A stretch of DNA of 64,000 nt from the human T2T-CHM13v2.0 reference genome, Homo sapiens. The notes under the pieces were generated by a model. That model saw only the letters and a list, made by a program, of their open reading frames with translations. It was not told the origin of the DNA and did no database searches. Of the stretch, positions 39,715 to 53,113 are shown one piece after another. Where the stretch lies: NCBI RefSeq assembly GCF_009914755.1, contig NC_060947.1; one strand, given 5' to 3'. The translations under genes and the position numbers were made by a program. How positions within the stretch are numbered: the stretch's first letter is position 1; each line of letters starts with the position of its first letter.

Positions 39715-40695
39715 CTTTTTGCCTTTTGGTTCCAATTGCTAGGAAATTTCCATGACTGAAAGTTCCAGTTTTTAAATTAAATTTCCTATTTTTAATCATA
39801 TTTATAATTTCTGATAACTCATTCTTAATCTCTGACGATAAAAATTTAATTCCTCTGCTCTCTGCATTTCCTCTCTGTTTTTGTCTCTTTTTCATGTTGA
39901 TGGCTATCCCCAACCATCTGATAATCATTGGCGGGCCATTCGTATTTAAAACTGAAGTAACAATGAGTTGATTGGAAGCTCTTTGACCATAAGTGGGCCT
40001 TGTTCATGAATGGACTTCACAATTAAATAATCAAATGGCCAGACAGATTTTTCACTGAAAACCCCAAAATGTCAGTATTTATGGATCTTCTTTCTAGAGA
40101 AGTTTAGTCTTATCAGCAAATAATCTTCCAATCACCTGCCTGTGGTATCTGAGGCTGCCTGCCTTTGTTGTGGTGTTGAGTAAAAGTAGGGGATTGGAGT
40201 TTTACCTTTACTATACAGACTCTCACTCAGTGCCCTTTTATGCTCTGGCATTTCACTCCTGTTCTCCCTTATGTGTTAGCAAATTCCAGATTCTGGGATA
40301 GCCAATTCCAGAATCTCCTTGGTTCAAGTAACCCAGAAAATATATCACCTGTGCTTTGTGGGAGTGGGGAAGGACAGGAGTGATGACATAAAAAATCTCA
40401 CCATTCTTGCTGATATTCCCCTGCCTGACTCCTACTGGCGGTGCTGTCTAGTGCCTCCATTTTCTAGCCTGTTCAGAGCAATTCAAGGTGAACTGGCTAT
40501 ATGTCACTAGTTTGCTAAATTATTTACCATTTCTCCATCCTTTTTCCATCTGTATTGTGGTTTGAGGTTAAAAAGTTCTTCTAGTTTTATTGAAGGTGAA
40601 ATTTGTGTTTCTCTTTTGTTTCATCCTTGTGTTCAGAGATGGTTTTCAAAAGAAGAGTGTGGAAATTACTTTGCTCCATCATGTTAAAACCATAT
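39715..40695 (-). mobile_element. Very old HAL1/L1M-like remnant (other pieces at ~31290-31377 and 32235-32590)
   Basis: Degenerate T-rich ORF1-like sequence; similarity recalled, not aligned. Confidence 0.4.
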
Positions 40696-40904
40696 GTACC
40701 TCCTAATTTTATAAATACAGAAACCGAGACCATAGAAGATGAAATGATTTTCCTTCTATTTGTCCCATTGCTGCCATAGCCCGATTGGAAGCAAGTTATT
40801 TAATTATTAACCCTGTGCTTTTGTCAGCACACTACACTAAAATAGGTTCCATAAGGTGACACTAAAGTATTGCTTTCTTTTCTGATTAAATATATAGTAC
40901 ATAT

Positions 40905-41676
40905 TCATCCACTGAAACCACTCTTGGCAAAGTCACAAATGATCTCCATGTTGCCAAATCTAATAGTCAATTATTAGTCCTCATCTGTTTAACTCATCAG
41001 TGGCATTTACAATATTGATGACTCCTTCCTCCTTGAAACACCTTTGTTCATTTAGCCTTCAGAACACTATTCTTAAATTTTCTTTTAACCTCACTGCTTC
41101 CTCCTTTTCTATCCTTTGGCTCTTCCTCATTTATCAAACCTCCAAACATTGAAGTGTACCAGAGCTCTATTTTCTTGTCATTATTTTCCTCCATCTGCTC
41201 TCATTCCTTAGGTAATCTGATTTGTCCCATTGCTTTAGATATTGTGATACTTCTACTTTTATACATCAACTTGAGCAGATTGCGGATGCCCAGACATCAG
41301 GTTAAACATTATTTCTAGATATGTCTATGAGAATGTTTCTAAATAAGATTAACATTTGAGTTGGTGAACTAAGTAGATGGTTCTCCCTAATGTGTGTAGG
41401 CATCACCCAGTCCACTGAAGGTCAGAATAGAGTAAAGGTGGAGAAAGAAACAAATTGCCCCTGCCCTTTTGCCTTACTGCTTCAGCTGGTACATCTCATC
41501 TCATCTTTTCCTACCTTCAGACTGGGATTTACATCATTGGCTCCCCTGGTTCTCAGGCCTTTATACTTGGTCTGAATTATACCACTAACTTTCCTGGGTC
41601 TCCAGCTTGCAGATGGCAGATCATGGGAATTCTCAACCTTCATAATTGTATGTGAGACAATTCCTTATAACAAAAC

Positions 41677-41726
<50 letters not shown>

Positions 41727-41856
41727 CCTATTAGTTCTGTTTATCTGGAGAACACTGACTAATACAAATATCATATATATACTTACAACTTCTAAAAGCC
41801 TGTCTTCAACCTCAATTTATTCACTGAATTTTAGACTTGTATATTCAACTAACTTA
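40905..41856 (+). mobile_element. L2 LINE fragment interrupted by MLT2
   Basis: CCACTGAAACCACTCTTGGCAAAGTCACAAATGATCTCCATGTTGCCAAATC; resumes at 41767. Confidence 0.8.
41243..41766 (+). mobile_element. MLT2D-like ERV-L solo LTR with internal (TG)n
   Basis: TGTGAT..CTGGAGAACACTGACTAATACA; TSD GATAT/AATAT. Confidence 0.85.
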
Positions 41857-42197
41857 ATATTGCTGTTCATTATAGTGACTAACCTCAACTTGCCTTTGGT
41901 GATTGAGTTCTGCCTCTTGGCTTTGCCAGTCTGGGATCCAATTACTCCTATTTCATTTAGGTTTTCTAATTGAGTGACTATGGTTCCCACTGTAAGTTCT
42001 GGCCTACACAGAAGAGTGATCATGGAGCTCTTCAAGATTGCTGGAGCTCCTCTTACAAATTTAGTCATCAATGTATTAGTGAAAAGTATGCTGCCTGGAC
42101 TCTTCTGATATAAGTCTCAAATAAAAAATCCACTTTAACAGTCCAGTATCCCCAGCCTTTGTATTCCTTTCTCTGCATTAAACCAAGAAAGATTGGG

Positions 42198-42233
<36 letters not shown>

Positions 42234-43738
42234 TGAGACAGAGTTTCGCTCTTGTTGCCCAGGCTGGAGCGCAATGGCGTGACCTCAGCTCATCACAACC
42301 TCCACCTCCTGGGTTCAAGCTATGTCTCCTGCCTCAATCTGCCGAGTAGCTGGGATTATAGGCATACACCACGATGCCCTGCTAATTTTTTGTGTGTATT
42401 TTTAATAGAGACAGGGTTTCTCCATGTTGGTCAGGCTGGTCTCGAACTCCCGACCTCAGGTGATCCGCCTGCCTTGGCCTCCCAAAGTGCTGAGATTACA
42501 GATGTGAGCCACCACACCTGGCCAAGATTGGGCATTTCTAATTCACTTGTGGTGGGCCATCTTTTGGTTCATATTTTAGCCAACTAACCAAATAATTAAA
42601 GTCCTTTCTAACTCCCCAATCTGTAACATTAAATGCAGAATTCCTGATTATGGAGCCCATATCAATAAATTCAGCCTGATCTAACATTATGTTCCTTCCA
42701 GCATTATCCCATATCCTGAATATCCTTTCCCACACATATTCCCTGGATTTCTACTTGTATAAATTAGAGAAATCAAGAAGTTATTTTGGAATATAGTGCA
42801 TCTCCTCATGGGTCACACTTTGACTTTAAAAGTCTTCTGTAACTTGAATCTAGTTATAGGTCTAAACACAAAGAGGGGTGGTGGAGGTAAGTCATGAGGA
42901 GAATCTGAATTGTCTTGCATGGGAACTGCCTCAGTGGAGGCCATTAAAATTTCCTAAGGCAATGCAGGCTTAATCTACTCAGACAGAAATGAAAAGGGTG
43001 ACACTACTGTGAACTGGGAGGACAATTCCACTGGGGATTGGGAGGCTGCTTCCACTGGATGTGGAGAAAGCTCTTCTACTGGCAAAGAAGCCTTATCAGA
43101 ATATAGGGGCTCAAAGTCCCCAGCTTTATCAGGGTCTTCTCAGACATCTTCATTCCAACTTACAGGATCCCATTCTTTACCATTCAATGCCCTCACTTTA
43201 ACAGTAGATATCCTGCGAGGCTGGGAGTTAAATTTGCATTGTAATTCAGCCAATCTCAGGATGAAGTCCTGCATTTTATTTCCAGCAATTTCAGCCCTGC
43301 AGCTACAGGAGATCAGGTTCTCCCTTGGGGCATACCTAAAAGCTCTTAAGTAATTTATGTAGTGCTTGAGGTGGGAATTTTAATCCCTGAGCTCATTCTT
43401 TTATTTCACCACTTTGTCTAACAACATTAGGAGCAACCAACCAATGCCATTATATTCCTTATTTTTCCAAATATGTTCAAGACTATCATACACAGAGTCA
43501 TTTAACACCTTGCTTTATATAAGTGGTTAACTAGGAGTATCTAATGCAGATATTTTGTGTATCTTTATAAACAAGTCATGCCATGAACTATCAGTGATCT
43601 TTTTACTACTGGAAAAAGACTCATGAGCATCTTTAAATCTAGTCAGATTAGAGAGTCAATTCCAGAAACCCCAGAATCAATTCAGAAAACTCATCTTTAA
43701 AATTATCTTCCTCTAAAATCACTGTCAGTACCAAAATT
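41857..43738 (-). pseudogene. ERV-L internal region: gag remnant, truncated
   Basis: WERIFRIWDNAGRNIMLDQAEFIDMG and KFVRGAPAILKSS..LTVG resemble ERV-L Gag; PBS-like TTTTGGTACTGACAGTG next to the LTR. Confidence 0.85.
42199..42523 (-). mobile_element. AluSp-like with (CA)n-converted tail
   Basis: CTCCATGTTGGTCAGG, CCCGACCTC; TSD AAGATTGGGC. Confidence 0.92.
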
Positions 43739-44350
43739 TGTATTAGCCAGTATTCTTCAGAGAAACAGAACCAACTGGCGGGGTGGGAGGGAGGAAGAGA
43801 GAGAGAGAGAGGGAGAGGGAGAGAGAGAGAGGGAGAGGGAGAGAGAGAGAGAGATATTATTATGGGAATTAGCAAATTAGTTCATGTGGTTAAGGAGGCC
43901 AAGAATTCCCATGAACTGACATCTGCAAGCTGGAGAACCAGAAAACCCAGTGAGGTAATTCAGTTTCAGTTAGAAGGGCTGAGAATTTAGGGAGCCAATG
44001 ATGTAACTCACAGTCTGAGTTGGGGTTGTGGGGAGTAGCACTGGTTTAAGTCTTGGACTTTGAAGAACTGAGAATCAGGAGTTCCAATTTCCCAGGGAGG
44101 GAGAAAATAGGCAATGGATGTTCCAGTTCAAGAAGAGACAACAAATTCGCTCTTCCTTTGCCTTTTGTTCTATTTGGGTTCTTAATAGATTAGATGATGC
44201 CTACCCACATTGGTGATGGCAATCTTCTTTGCTCAGTCTACCAATTGAAATGTTAAGCTCTACTAGACACAGACACATCTAGAAATATTTTACCAGCTAT
44301 TTGGACATCCATTAGCTCAGCCCAGTTGACACATAAAATTAACCATCAGA
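43739..44350 (-). mobile_element. MLT2B-like ERV-L 5' LTR
   Basis: TGTATTAGCCAG..CAGAGAAACAGAACC; GA repeat; CAGTTGACACATAAAATTAACCATCA. Confidence 0.85.
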
Positions 44351-47300
44351 ATACTGCATAATTTAAATTATATGACACCCTGGAAAAATAAAAACTATGG
44401 AGGCAGTAAAAATATTAGTGGTTTCATGGGGTAGGGCAGAGGGAGATATGAATAGGTGGAGCATAGAGGATTTTCAGGGCAGTGAAACTATTTTGTATGA
44501 TACTGTAATAGTGGCTGTATGACATTATGCATTTGTCAAGAAACTTAGAACTTTAAAGCACAAAGAGTAGCATACACAAATTATTTAATAAAATTATGTA
44601 GGAGGCCAGGGAATCCCAGAATAAAATACAGAATCTAACTATATCGCAAATATATAAAAGAACCTCACTGAACTGAGTGGGATGAAAAAGTGCTAACCTA
44701 AGACACTTTGGGAATGAGTGGATTCTGTAAGACAAAAGGAAAAAAAATACACAAGCACTGTGCTCTAGTTAATAAAGTTGTTACACATGGGGATATGAGC
44801 TAATAGTTTCTATACTGCCATATTTCTGTCTTAATTTATTTGTGCTGCTATAACAAAATACCTGAGACTGAAAAATTTATAAAGAACAGAGATTTATTTT
44901 CTGACAGTTCTGGAGGCTGGAAAATCAAAGATTAAGGTGCTGACAAGTTTGGTGTCTGGTGAAGGCCTTCTTATTGCATCCTTACATGGCAGAAAGGCAG
45001 AATGGCAAAAGAGGCTGAATTCATGACCTCAAGACCTTTTATAAGGGTGTTAATCCCATCCATGAAGGTGGAGTCCTCATGGCTCAATTACCTCCTAAAA
45101 GCCCCACCTCGTAATACTATCACATGAGTCTTAGGTTTCAACATGTGCATTTTGAGGGGACACATACATTCAAACCATAACATTTCATCCCTGGCCCCCC
45201 AAAATTCACATCCTCCTAACATACATTCAAAATACATTCATTCCATCACAATAGCCCCAAGAATCTTAATTCATTCCAGCACCAACTTTAAAGTGTAAGT
45301 CTCATCTAAATTAGATATCGGTGAGATTCAAGATATGATTCATTCTGAGGCAAACTAATCTCCAGCTGTGAACCTGTGAAATCAAACAAGCTATGTGTTT
45401 GCAAAATACAATAATCAGACAGGCATAGGGAAGACATTTCCAATCCAAAAGGGAGAAATAGGCAAGAACACAGGAATAACAGATTCTAAGTAAGATCTAA
45501 ACCCAACAGAGCAAATAACATTACATTTTGCAGCTTAAGAATAATCTTGACTCCTTGCCCACATTCTGGAAACACTGGAGTGGGGGTTCAGTCTCCAAGC
45601 TTCCATGGGGGGCTTTGCTGGATACAGCCCATGCCACAGTTCTCATAGTTTGGAGCAGGTAACTGTAGCTCTCCTAGGCTGAAACTTCAGCACACTGATG
45701 GCTCTAGATGTCTGCAGTCTCACGGGCAGCCCCACCTCTATGGATCTGCTAAGTAAGCATTGCCCTAGTTGGGACTCTAAGCTGTGGTTCTGACCTCTTA
45801 GCTCCACAAAGCATTGTTCTAATGGCAGCTCTCTGTGGCAGCCCTGCCCCTATAGCAATCCACTGCCTGGGCTTCAAGGTTCCCAGAAGCATCCTTTGAA
45901 ATCTAGGTGGAGGTAGCCATACCTCCACAGCCCATGTACTCTGTGCACTTGCAGAATTAGCACTGTTTGGATGCCATCAAGGTTTATAGTCTGCACCTTT
46001 TGGAGTGATGGTCTGAGCTGCACCTGGGCCCACTTGAGCCACAGCTGAGGTGACCAAAGAGTGCTGCATCAGAATGTGAGAAGCAGAGACTTGAGGCAGC
46101 CCAGGGCAACAAGTCTCTCAAGTTTCCATGGGGGCCCTGAACCCCTCTTTTGGAACTGTTCTGCTCTAGAGGCTCTGGCATTCTGTAAGTGGGGAAGCCA
46201 CAAAAATCTCAGAAATGCCTTTGGGGTCATTCTTCCACTGTCCTGATGAATAGCATCTGGCTTCCTTCAATCCATACTAATCTCCATATCAAATGGTCAA
46301 TTAGTCACATCCTTGATATTCTCTTCTAAACGTGCTTTTTTATTCTTCATAATTTGGCCAGGTTGGAAATTTTCTAAATATTTACCTAGTTTCCTTTCAA
46401 TTATAAATTCTATCTTTAAATCATTTCTTTATTCTTGCATTTTACTATAAGCAATCAAGAGAAGCCATGCAACACTCTGGACTCTTTGCTTAGATGTTTC
46501 TTCCACCAAATAGTCTAGTTCATTGTTCACAAGTTCTGCCTTTCACAAAGCATTAGGGTATAAAGAAAATTCAGCCAAGATCATTGCCGCTTTGTAACAA
46601 GGATGGTATTTCAGTTTCCAATATCTTGTTCCTCATTTTCATCTAAAACCTCATCAGCTTAGCCTTTACCATCCATGTTCCCACCAACATGCTGTTCATG
46701 ACCACTTAGATAGCTCTAAGATTTAGGCTGTCTGTACAGTTCTCTACTTCTGAGTCTTCACCAGAATTGCGGTTAATGTTCCATTCATGGTAATCTAGGC
46801 TTTTTTTTTTAGCATGAACTTCAAAATTCTTCCAGCCTCTACCCATTACCCAGTTCCAAAGCCACTTGCATATTTTTAAGTATTTGTTCTAGCAACACTT
46901 TTAGGTATTCTAGCAACATTTCCTCTTCTCAGTACCATTTTCTATCTTAGTCCATTTGTGCTGCTGTAACAAAATACCTGAGAATGGGTATAGTAATTTA
47001 TACAGAACAGAGGTTTATTTTCTCACAGTTTTGGGGGCTGGGAAGTTCAAGATAAAGCTGTTCACAGATATGGTTTCTGGTGAAGACCTTACTGCATGCT
47101 TATGTGGCAGAAGGTAGAAGGGCAAAAGGGACCAAACTCACAGCCTCAAGCCCTTTTATAAGGGTGCTGATTCCATCCATGAGGGTGGAGTCCTCATGGC
47201 CTAATCACCTCCTAAAGGCTCCACCTTTTAATACTAGCACCTTGGGTCTTAGGTTGCAACATATGGATTTGGGGGGAACATATACATTCAAACCATAGCA

Positions 47301-48680
47301 ATATGTATACTGGACTTATGTGTATATGGTAAATGGTGGGAGCCATGTTTCTCACTTTTGAAGTGGTAGGTTACACATATGCAAGGGAAGGAGTCCAGAA
47401 TGATCCATATGGTAATGGATTAGAGTTAGAGACACCAATATGAACTCACATTTAGCTTAATATAAATATAAATTGCTACTTATAAAAATATTTAAGATTT
47501 GTATATACTCACAGGTTAGTATATAAACATAAATTTCCTTGCTCTGTCAATATTAGGGTCCTGAAGCAAAACTACCCTCAATAGCAATGAGCACACAGGG
47601 TACCCAGATTTGGCTTTCTATAAACATTCTCCAGTAAAAGGAACCAGAGATCCTTGAAGTAATTGATGATTCTAGGACTGAGGCAGGAAATTATATAAAA
47701 TGAGCTGGATCATTTTATGTGCTAGAAAGTAATGAAATAACTTTAAAAAAACCAAACATACCCTTCACATTGATGGATTATGTCAAAGGGACATAGGAGT
47801 CAACTGAAAGAACTCCCAGTAGCAAAATCTGGAATAATTTAAGCAACAAAATATATAAAATAGTATTAGATTATGACTCAAAATATATAATAAATATTAA
47901 TGAGTAAATACTGACATAAATAAATGAATAAATATGAGTGAATAGATAAATCTCCCATGAAGAAGAATTCCAAATAATTTATGCAGATACTCTGCTCTCA
48001 AGAAAACAGAGCATAACTCCCCATTGAGTAAGTGTGGGCTGCATAGTAACTTTCTTCCCAGTACTATGGTATGAAAAGGAGGAAAACAAATAAGTAGTTT
48101 TACAGTGGAGAAAACTGGCAAACACTACCTCAGCCAGGTGATCCAGTTCAACCTCAACAGTGATGTTGATAGCATATATACATACTATATATGTATGTTG
48201 ATAGTATGTACTCTTGGCTATGATGTGATAAAAATAGCACTTTACCCTTTGGCCTTCCTCTCAAAACCCCACAACCCTAGTCTAGTCATGTGAAAAATAT
48301 CAGACAAATTCCAATTTAGGAATACTTAAAAAAATACCAGACCAGCACTCCTCAAAACTGTTAGGGTGATCAGAGAAAGTCTGAGAAGCTGTCACAAAGA
48401 GAACCCTAAAGAAACATGACAATTCATGTAATGTGGCCCTGAATGGAATCTTGGAACAGAAAATGGACAATAGCTAAAAACCGAGGAAGTCTGAATTAAG
48501 TATGAACTTTAATAATACTGTGTCAATATTGGTTCATTAATTTTGACAAAATATACCATAGTAATTTGTGATGTTAATAATAAGAGAAAGTGGTGTGGGT
48601 TATAATGGCTACTCTTTGTATTATCTTCACAACTTTTCTGTAAGTCTAAAATTATTCTAATATTAAAAGTCTATTTTTTA
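44351..48680 (+). mobile_element. L1MC/L1MD-type 3' end, interrupted by the MST provirus
   Basis: GAATAGGTGGAGCATAGAGGATTTTCAGGGCAGTGAAACT; GGTAATGGATTAGAGTTAGAGAC; ends CTTTTCTGTAAGTCTAAAATTATTCTAA. Confidence 0.8.
44827..47300 (-). mobile_element. Complete MaLR provirus (MSTC/MSTD-like LTRs at 44827-45182 and 46943-47300, plus ~1.76 kb internal)
   Basis: Two direct-repeat ~355-bp LTRs ending CATTCAAACCATA(A/G)CA; MaLR-type internal sequence. Confidence 0.88.
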
Positions 48681-48807
48681 AAACACCCATTTACAAAGTG
48701 TCATATTGTCAAAGATAGAAGCTATATACTTGGTGGCAGATTGATTACTTTGGATTACTGTCCTCATGGGAATGAAAATGTCTTATTCTCACAGTTATTC
48801 ACAAATT

Positions 48808-49043
48808 ATTCACTGAATTTAGATGCCCTAGTGACCAATAGAGAAATCCTTTCAACAAAGAACACAGTTATGACCCCATTAGTGAAAGCTGAGTGAGGTA
48901 CCTGGCCATTTTGGGCTTATCATGCCATTGAAACACATGTTAGGATTATAAATTTGGCCTCCAAGCCCACCACATGGCCAGCACCACCATTTTGTACCTA
49001 AAGAATGCTTTATCTATTGCTGTGGTATCCACACAGCATTGCC

Positions 49044-49091
<48 letters not shown>

Positions 49092-49485
49092 CTACGTACT
49101 GTAAAGGAAGTACAATAATATCTTCCAATGCTCACAGAGTTCACTGGCCTTATTAAGTGCTTTCACCAAGAAGCATCTGGCTTTATGTGGAGTGTAGTAG
49201 ACTGCTGAAGGTTCAGTTACAGTGCCAGCTGGGAAGAATGCCTTGCAACTCTCAATATATGGTGCTTTCTTCACCATAATTGTGTAAGTCCAGAAATTAA
49301 GGAGTACATAAACAGGAATGGCCCCTCTGTTATACTCACTGAAAGTATTTTTGCTTCATTCACTGAATTTAGATGCCCTAGTGACCAATAGAGAAATCCT
49401 TTCAACAATGAACACAGTTATGACTCCATTAGTGAAAGCTGAGTGAGGTACCTGGCCATTTTGGGCTTATCATGCCATTGAAACA
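48808..49485 (+). repeat. 128-bp direct repeat pair (48808-48935 and 49358-49485)
   Basis: Read base by base: 126/128 identical, offset 550 bp. Confidence 0.95.
49046..49088. repeat. (TA)n microsatellite
   Basis: Direct reading. Confidence 0.95.
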
Positions 49486-50061
49486 ACAAACATAGAAGGG
49501 GGTCACTATACTGAGAAGGTGATTTATTCTGATTATCGGGGGAAACTGGGTTATTGCTACACAACAAGGGCAAAAAGGCCTATTTTGAGAGCTAGGGCAT
49601 TTCCTAGAGCACATCGTATTTCTCTCTTGTACTCAATAGTCCTGATCTATGAAAATCTGCATCATTGCAATGTAAACCAGACATCAAAGACTCAACTTCT
49701 TTAAAGTTTGCACCATCCCCCGGTAAAGATTACCATCCAGCTGGCATGCCATCAAAGGATAAAGGCACAGGTAATATATGGTAGAAGATAACTATACTAA
49801 TCAACTTAGCCCTTATGACCAGCTATAGAAATGGGGTCTAACACATCTACATTTTGTGAAATTAATCCCTTTTCCCATATTGTATTATATGAACTCTGGC
49901 GTTGATTAATGTTTTATATTTTATGTGACAGTATGATGAGATTTTATCATCCTGCAATGATACAGTAGTTGATGGGACTTCATGCACTCCTCTGTTGGGA
50001 AAATGAAGGTTTCATCCTAATGAAATGCAAGAATGGATATTGCAAATCAAAAAGAATGGGC

Positions 50062-50471
50062 TGTATGAGATGACTTCTGCTTGACTCCCTTCCAGATTCA
50101 TTTTTTACTATTCTCTAACCCTTTCTCATTCACTACTACCTCAACTTCTGTCCACAACATTAAGTTGATTTTGGCCCTAGCAGTAGACTGCAAAGAAGGG
50201 AGGGGTGTGAGACAGGGTATTTACTTCCTTGGTTCTTTCCCTGAAAGTTTGCCTTGGGCTGGCTATTTCTCTCAAATAAAAGTTACTTACTGCTCCTCTT
50301 AAGGAAAACCAACATTCTCTGTCCTCTCTCATGCTTTCAAGCCTGTAGTCATGATATTTTGGCTGCTACTAGCCCTATGTTCCTGCATATAAATAAACCC
50401 TTCTTGAATTATCCTATTTCAAGTATACTGTGTTTGTGTTTCTATTTCCTGTGGGGACCAGGCCTGATTCC
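50062..50471 (+). mobile_element. LTR33-like ERVL LTR (3' LTR of the preceding internal remnant)
   Basis: Starts TGT after the PPT; AATAAACCC..TTTCCTG..GGACC..CTGATTCCA end. Confidence 0.6.
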
Positions 50472-50529
50472 ATATATATACATATATGTATATATACACA
50501 CACAGTCACATCATCATATATTTTAGATA

Positions 50530-51030
50530 AATAGATTTATCCAAATTTCTGTTGTCGAATATTTAGTCTTCTCCCCTGCCCCTCCACATACTATAAATGT
50601 TTTGCTATTGTAAATAACACTGCAAATATTACACTTTGGCTAAATCCTAGTGGAAATTTGTCTTAATTTTCCTAGGATACATTTTTAGAAGAGAAATTGA
50701 TAGCTTAAAATCAGAAAATATTTTTAAGTGTCTTAATACAGATTTCCATTTTGCCCTCCAGTAAATTGGTGACAACTTATACTGATTTATATCAGCCATA
50801 TATGAGGCAACTTAATTCATTCCACTTTAGTTAAAGCTGGGTATTAATATGTTATAATTGGAAAATTTATGGATGAAACATAATTTTATTATTGGTTTAA
50901 TTTGCATTTATGTTATCTCTTAAGTTGAAAATTTTCATATTAATGTACATGTATATATATATATATATTTTTTTTTGTAAATTGCTTTTTTGTCTATTTG
51001 GGGATTCACCTTTATTTCTTTCGTTAAAAT
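50530..51030 (-). mobile_element. Old L1ME-like fragment
   Basis: TTTTGCTATTGTAAATAACACTGCAA..TTTAATTTGCATTT. Confidence 0.6.
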
Positions 51031-51266
51031 ACTTGCTCCTTGTGAATGTTTATTTTGATGACAAAAAGAACAAAAACCAGGAAACAAGGGGCACAATGAC
51101 TATTTTTCATGATAGGATTTCTGAAGGACTGAATTCAATATATTTCTAGGGCAAATTTTATTCTATTTTCGAAAAGTACACTATGATTATCATTAACATC
51201 ATGAGGAACTGCATGAATAAGTTATCAGCAGAAAAAAAATATCTTCAAGTAGATATCAAAACTTAC

Positions 51267-51400
51267 CACACAATGTTATTTAAAATGTGAGGCTTTTAAA
51301 TGCAGTCTTTTTTCACAGGAAGTGCCATTGCTTTGCATTTCTTTTCCCCAGGCCACATAACTCTTTGTTTTAATGAAGAGGAAAAAATAAAAAATCCAAG
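51267..51400 (-). other. Candidate 134-bp non-coding exon
   Basis: Acceptor TTTTTCTTTTTTATTATTGGTAG|C; donor GTG|GTAAGT; stops in all three frames; unique sequence. Confidence 0.35.
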
Positions 51401-51769
51401 CTACCAATAATAAAAAAGAAAAACCTATTCCTTGCTAGAGAAAAATTTGCAATCATGTGTGATAGAAAGTAGAAATAGGCAAAGTCACAAAGCAATAGCC
51501 TATTTACATATTATTTCCATGAAGTTTCTTTCCCCATTGGATATTGTTTAAAAAAAAATTGTTTCACTACCCAAATACATGGGAGATTTGAAGCAGAGAT
51601 AACTCATTCTTCCCATTTTAAAGCAATAATACACACTAACACATTGTTGTTCAGTCTCCATTAGGGAAGAGTATTTATTTCCAGACTATTATAGACAATT
51701 GAAAATCAGCTTATGCTGTTCCCAGCATTCAAATGCCATTCAGGAATTACAGTTTCCTCTTGAACTAGT

Positions 51770-52460
51770 ACCTTCCTATTGTCCTGATGACTCAATTGAC
51801 AACATCTTCAAATCAGTCCCCATCTGTCTATCTCTTATTATCATCATCATCATTGCCTACTACTTTAATTCAAGGTGTTTTCCCTTCTCACCTGATCTAT
51901 TATAATAGCTGCTTAAATTGACCTTACTGTGAGTCTCACTTTTTTCCAGTGACCCTCCAGGATACTGTCAGACCATCTCTCTGAAATGTACATGTGGCCC
52001 TTCACATTCCTCTAAATAGCCCTTTGATAACTTGGATGTTACTATAGAGTAACATCCAAACTCTTTAGTATGGCATGTAGTTTGGACTTAGCCTCTGAAA
52101 GCTTTGTCTACCCTTCATGCCTTTCTTTAGTCATGTGAAAAGTGAGCCTGTGATCACACATTTTTACCCTGTCAACCCAGTGAATACCTCTCTCAAAACT
52201 CATTTCAAGTGTCACTTTTTTAGCAAAGCCTTTCCTGGCTTCCTAGGTTAAAAATAATCAAATTCTCCTCTAGGCATTCATAGTTCACTGGGTATATTTC
52301 AATCTCTGCCCTCTTGTTGCTTCACTATACTTTATGCCCTCTGCCTATGTTCTAGGCTTCTCTTTGAGGACTGACCAGTATCCCTGTGTACAGTATCTAA
52401 CATAGCACATGGCACATAGTAGGCCCTAAATACATCATTGTTTAATTGAATGAATAAATG
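51770..52460 (+). mobile_element. L2 LINE 3' end
   Basis: Ends TGGCACATAGTAGGCCCTAAAT..TGAATGAATAAATG. Confidence 0.75.
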
Positions 52461-52613
52461 GAGAAATAAACAAGTATTCACAGAAAAAACTATGTTGTAT
52501 AAAAGATGTTTGTTTATTAAGAATCCAGTGTAAGTTGCAGGTTCTGCTTCAAGTTGCTTCTGTAAAGCTAATTATGTAGAAATGGCATATGCATTTAAAA
52601 ATTAAAAAGCAAG

Positions 52614-53113
52614 TGCATGAGTCAGGGTCCCAACTGAAAACAGATGGCACACTCCAATTAAGATAATTTCAGGAGTACTGATTTACAAAGGATCTGATAA
52701 CAAAGGTTTGGGCAGGGTATAGGGAAACTACCAGGGGTAGAACAGAAACCTGCCTGCACTGTTAAAGGCAGTTGTAGCTGTTTCTACTCCTACATCTGAA
52801 GGGATGAGGAGATAAAGAGAAAGAGGTTATTGGAACTTAGAAGGAGAGAAAATTATGCAGAAAAGTCTTGAGAGGAAGAGTGACCTTTGGGAAAGGGACA
52901 TAGCTGACCTAAGGTGACCTCAAAAGGAGACGTTCAGGGGAAAATTTCTTTTTTATTCTTCTCACTCTTTTCAACCTATTGCCAAGGCTCCTCAGTAGTC
53001 ATATCCAACTGAGAGTCAAAACGCACTGAAGCCCTGTGCTACATTCCATATAGGTCAGGCTCCAGGAGCATAGAGCAAGGTAGAGAAGTGGGGAAAAATA
53101 GAAGATAGCCAAC
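52614..53113 (-). mobile_element. LTR33-family ERVL LTR
   Basis: AGTCAGGGTCCCAACTGAAAACAGATGGCACACTC terminus. Confidence 0.65.

Larger units (their letters stand above)
48725..50061 (+). pseudogene. Ancient ERV-L internal remnant (integrase, dUTPase region, PPT)
   Basis: WQIDYFG resembles ERV-L WQVDYIG; CCTGGCCATTTTGGGCTT (PGHFGL) dUTPase-like; purine tract before the LTR. Confidence 0.7.

Noticed and set aside
41243-44350. MLT2 LTRs on both sides of ERV-L gag as one provirus
   Set aside because: Opposite orientations, different subfamilies, and the left LTR has its own TSD within L2
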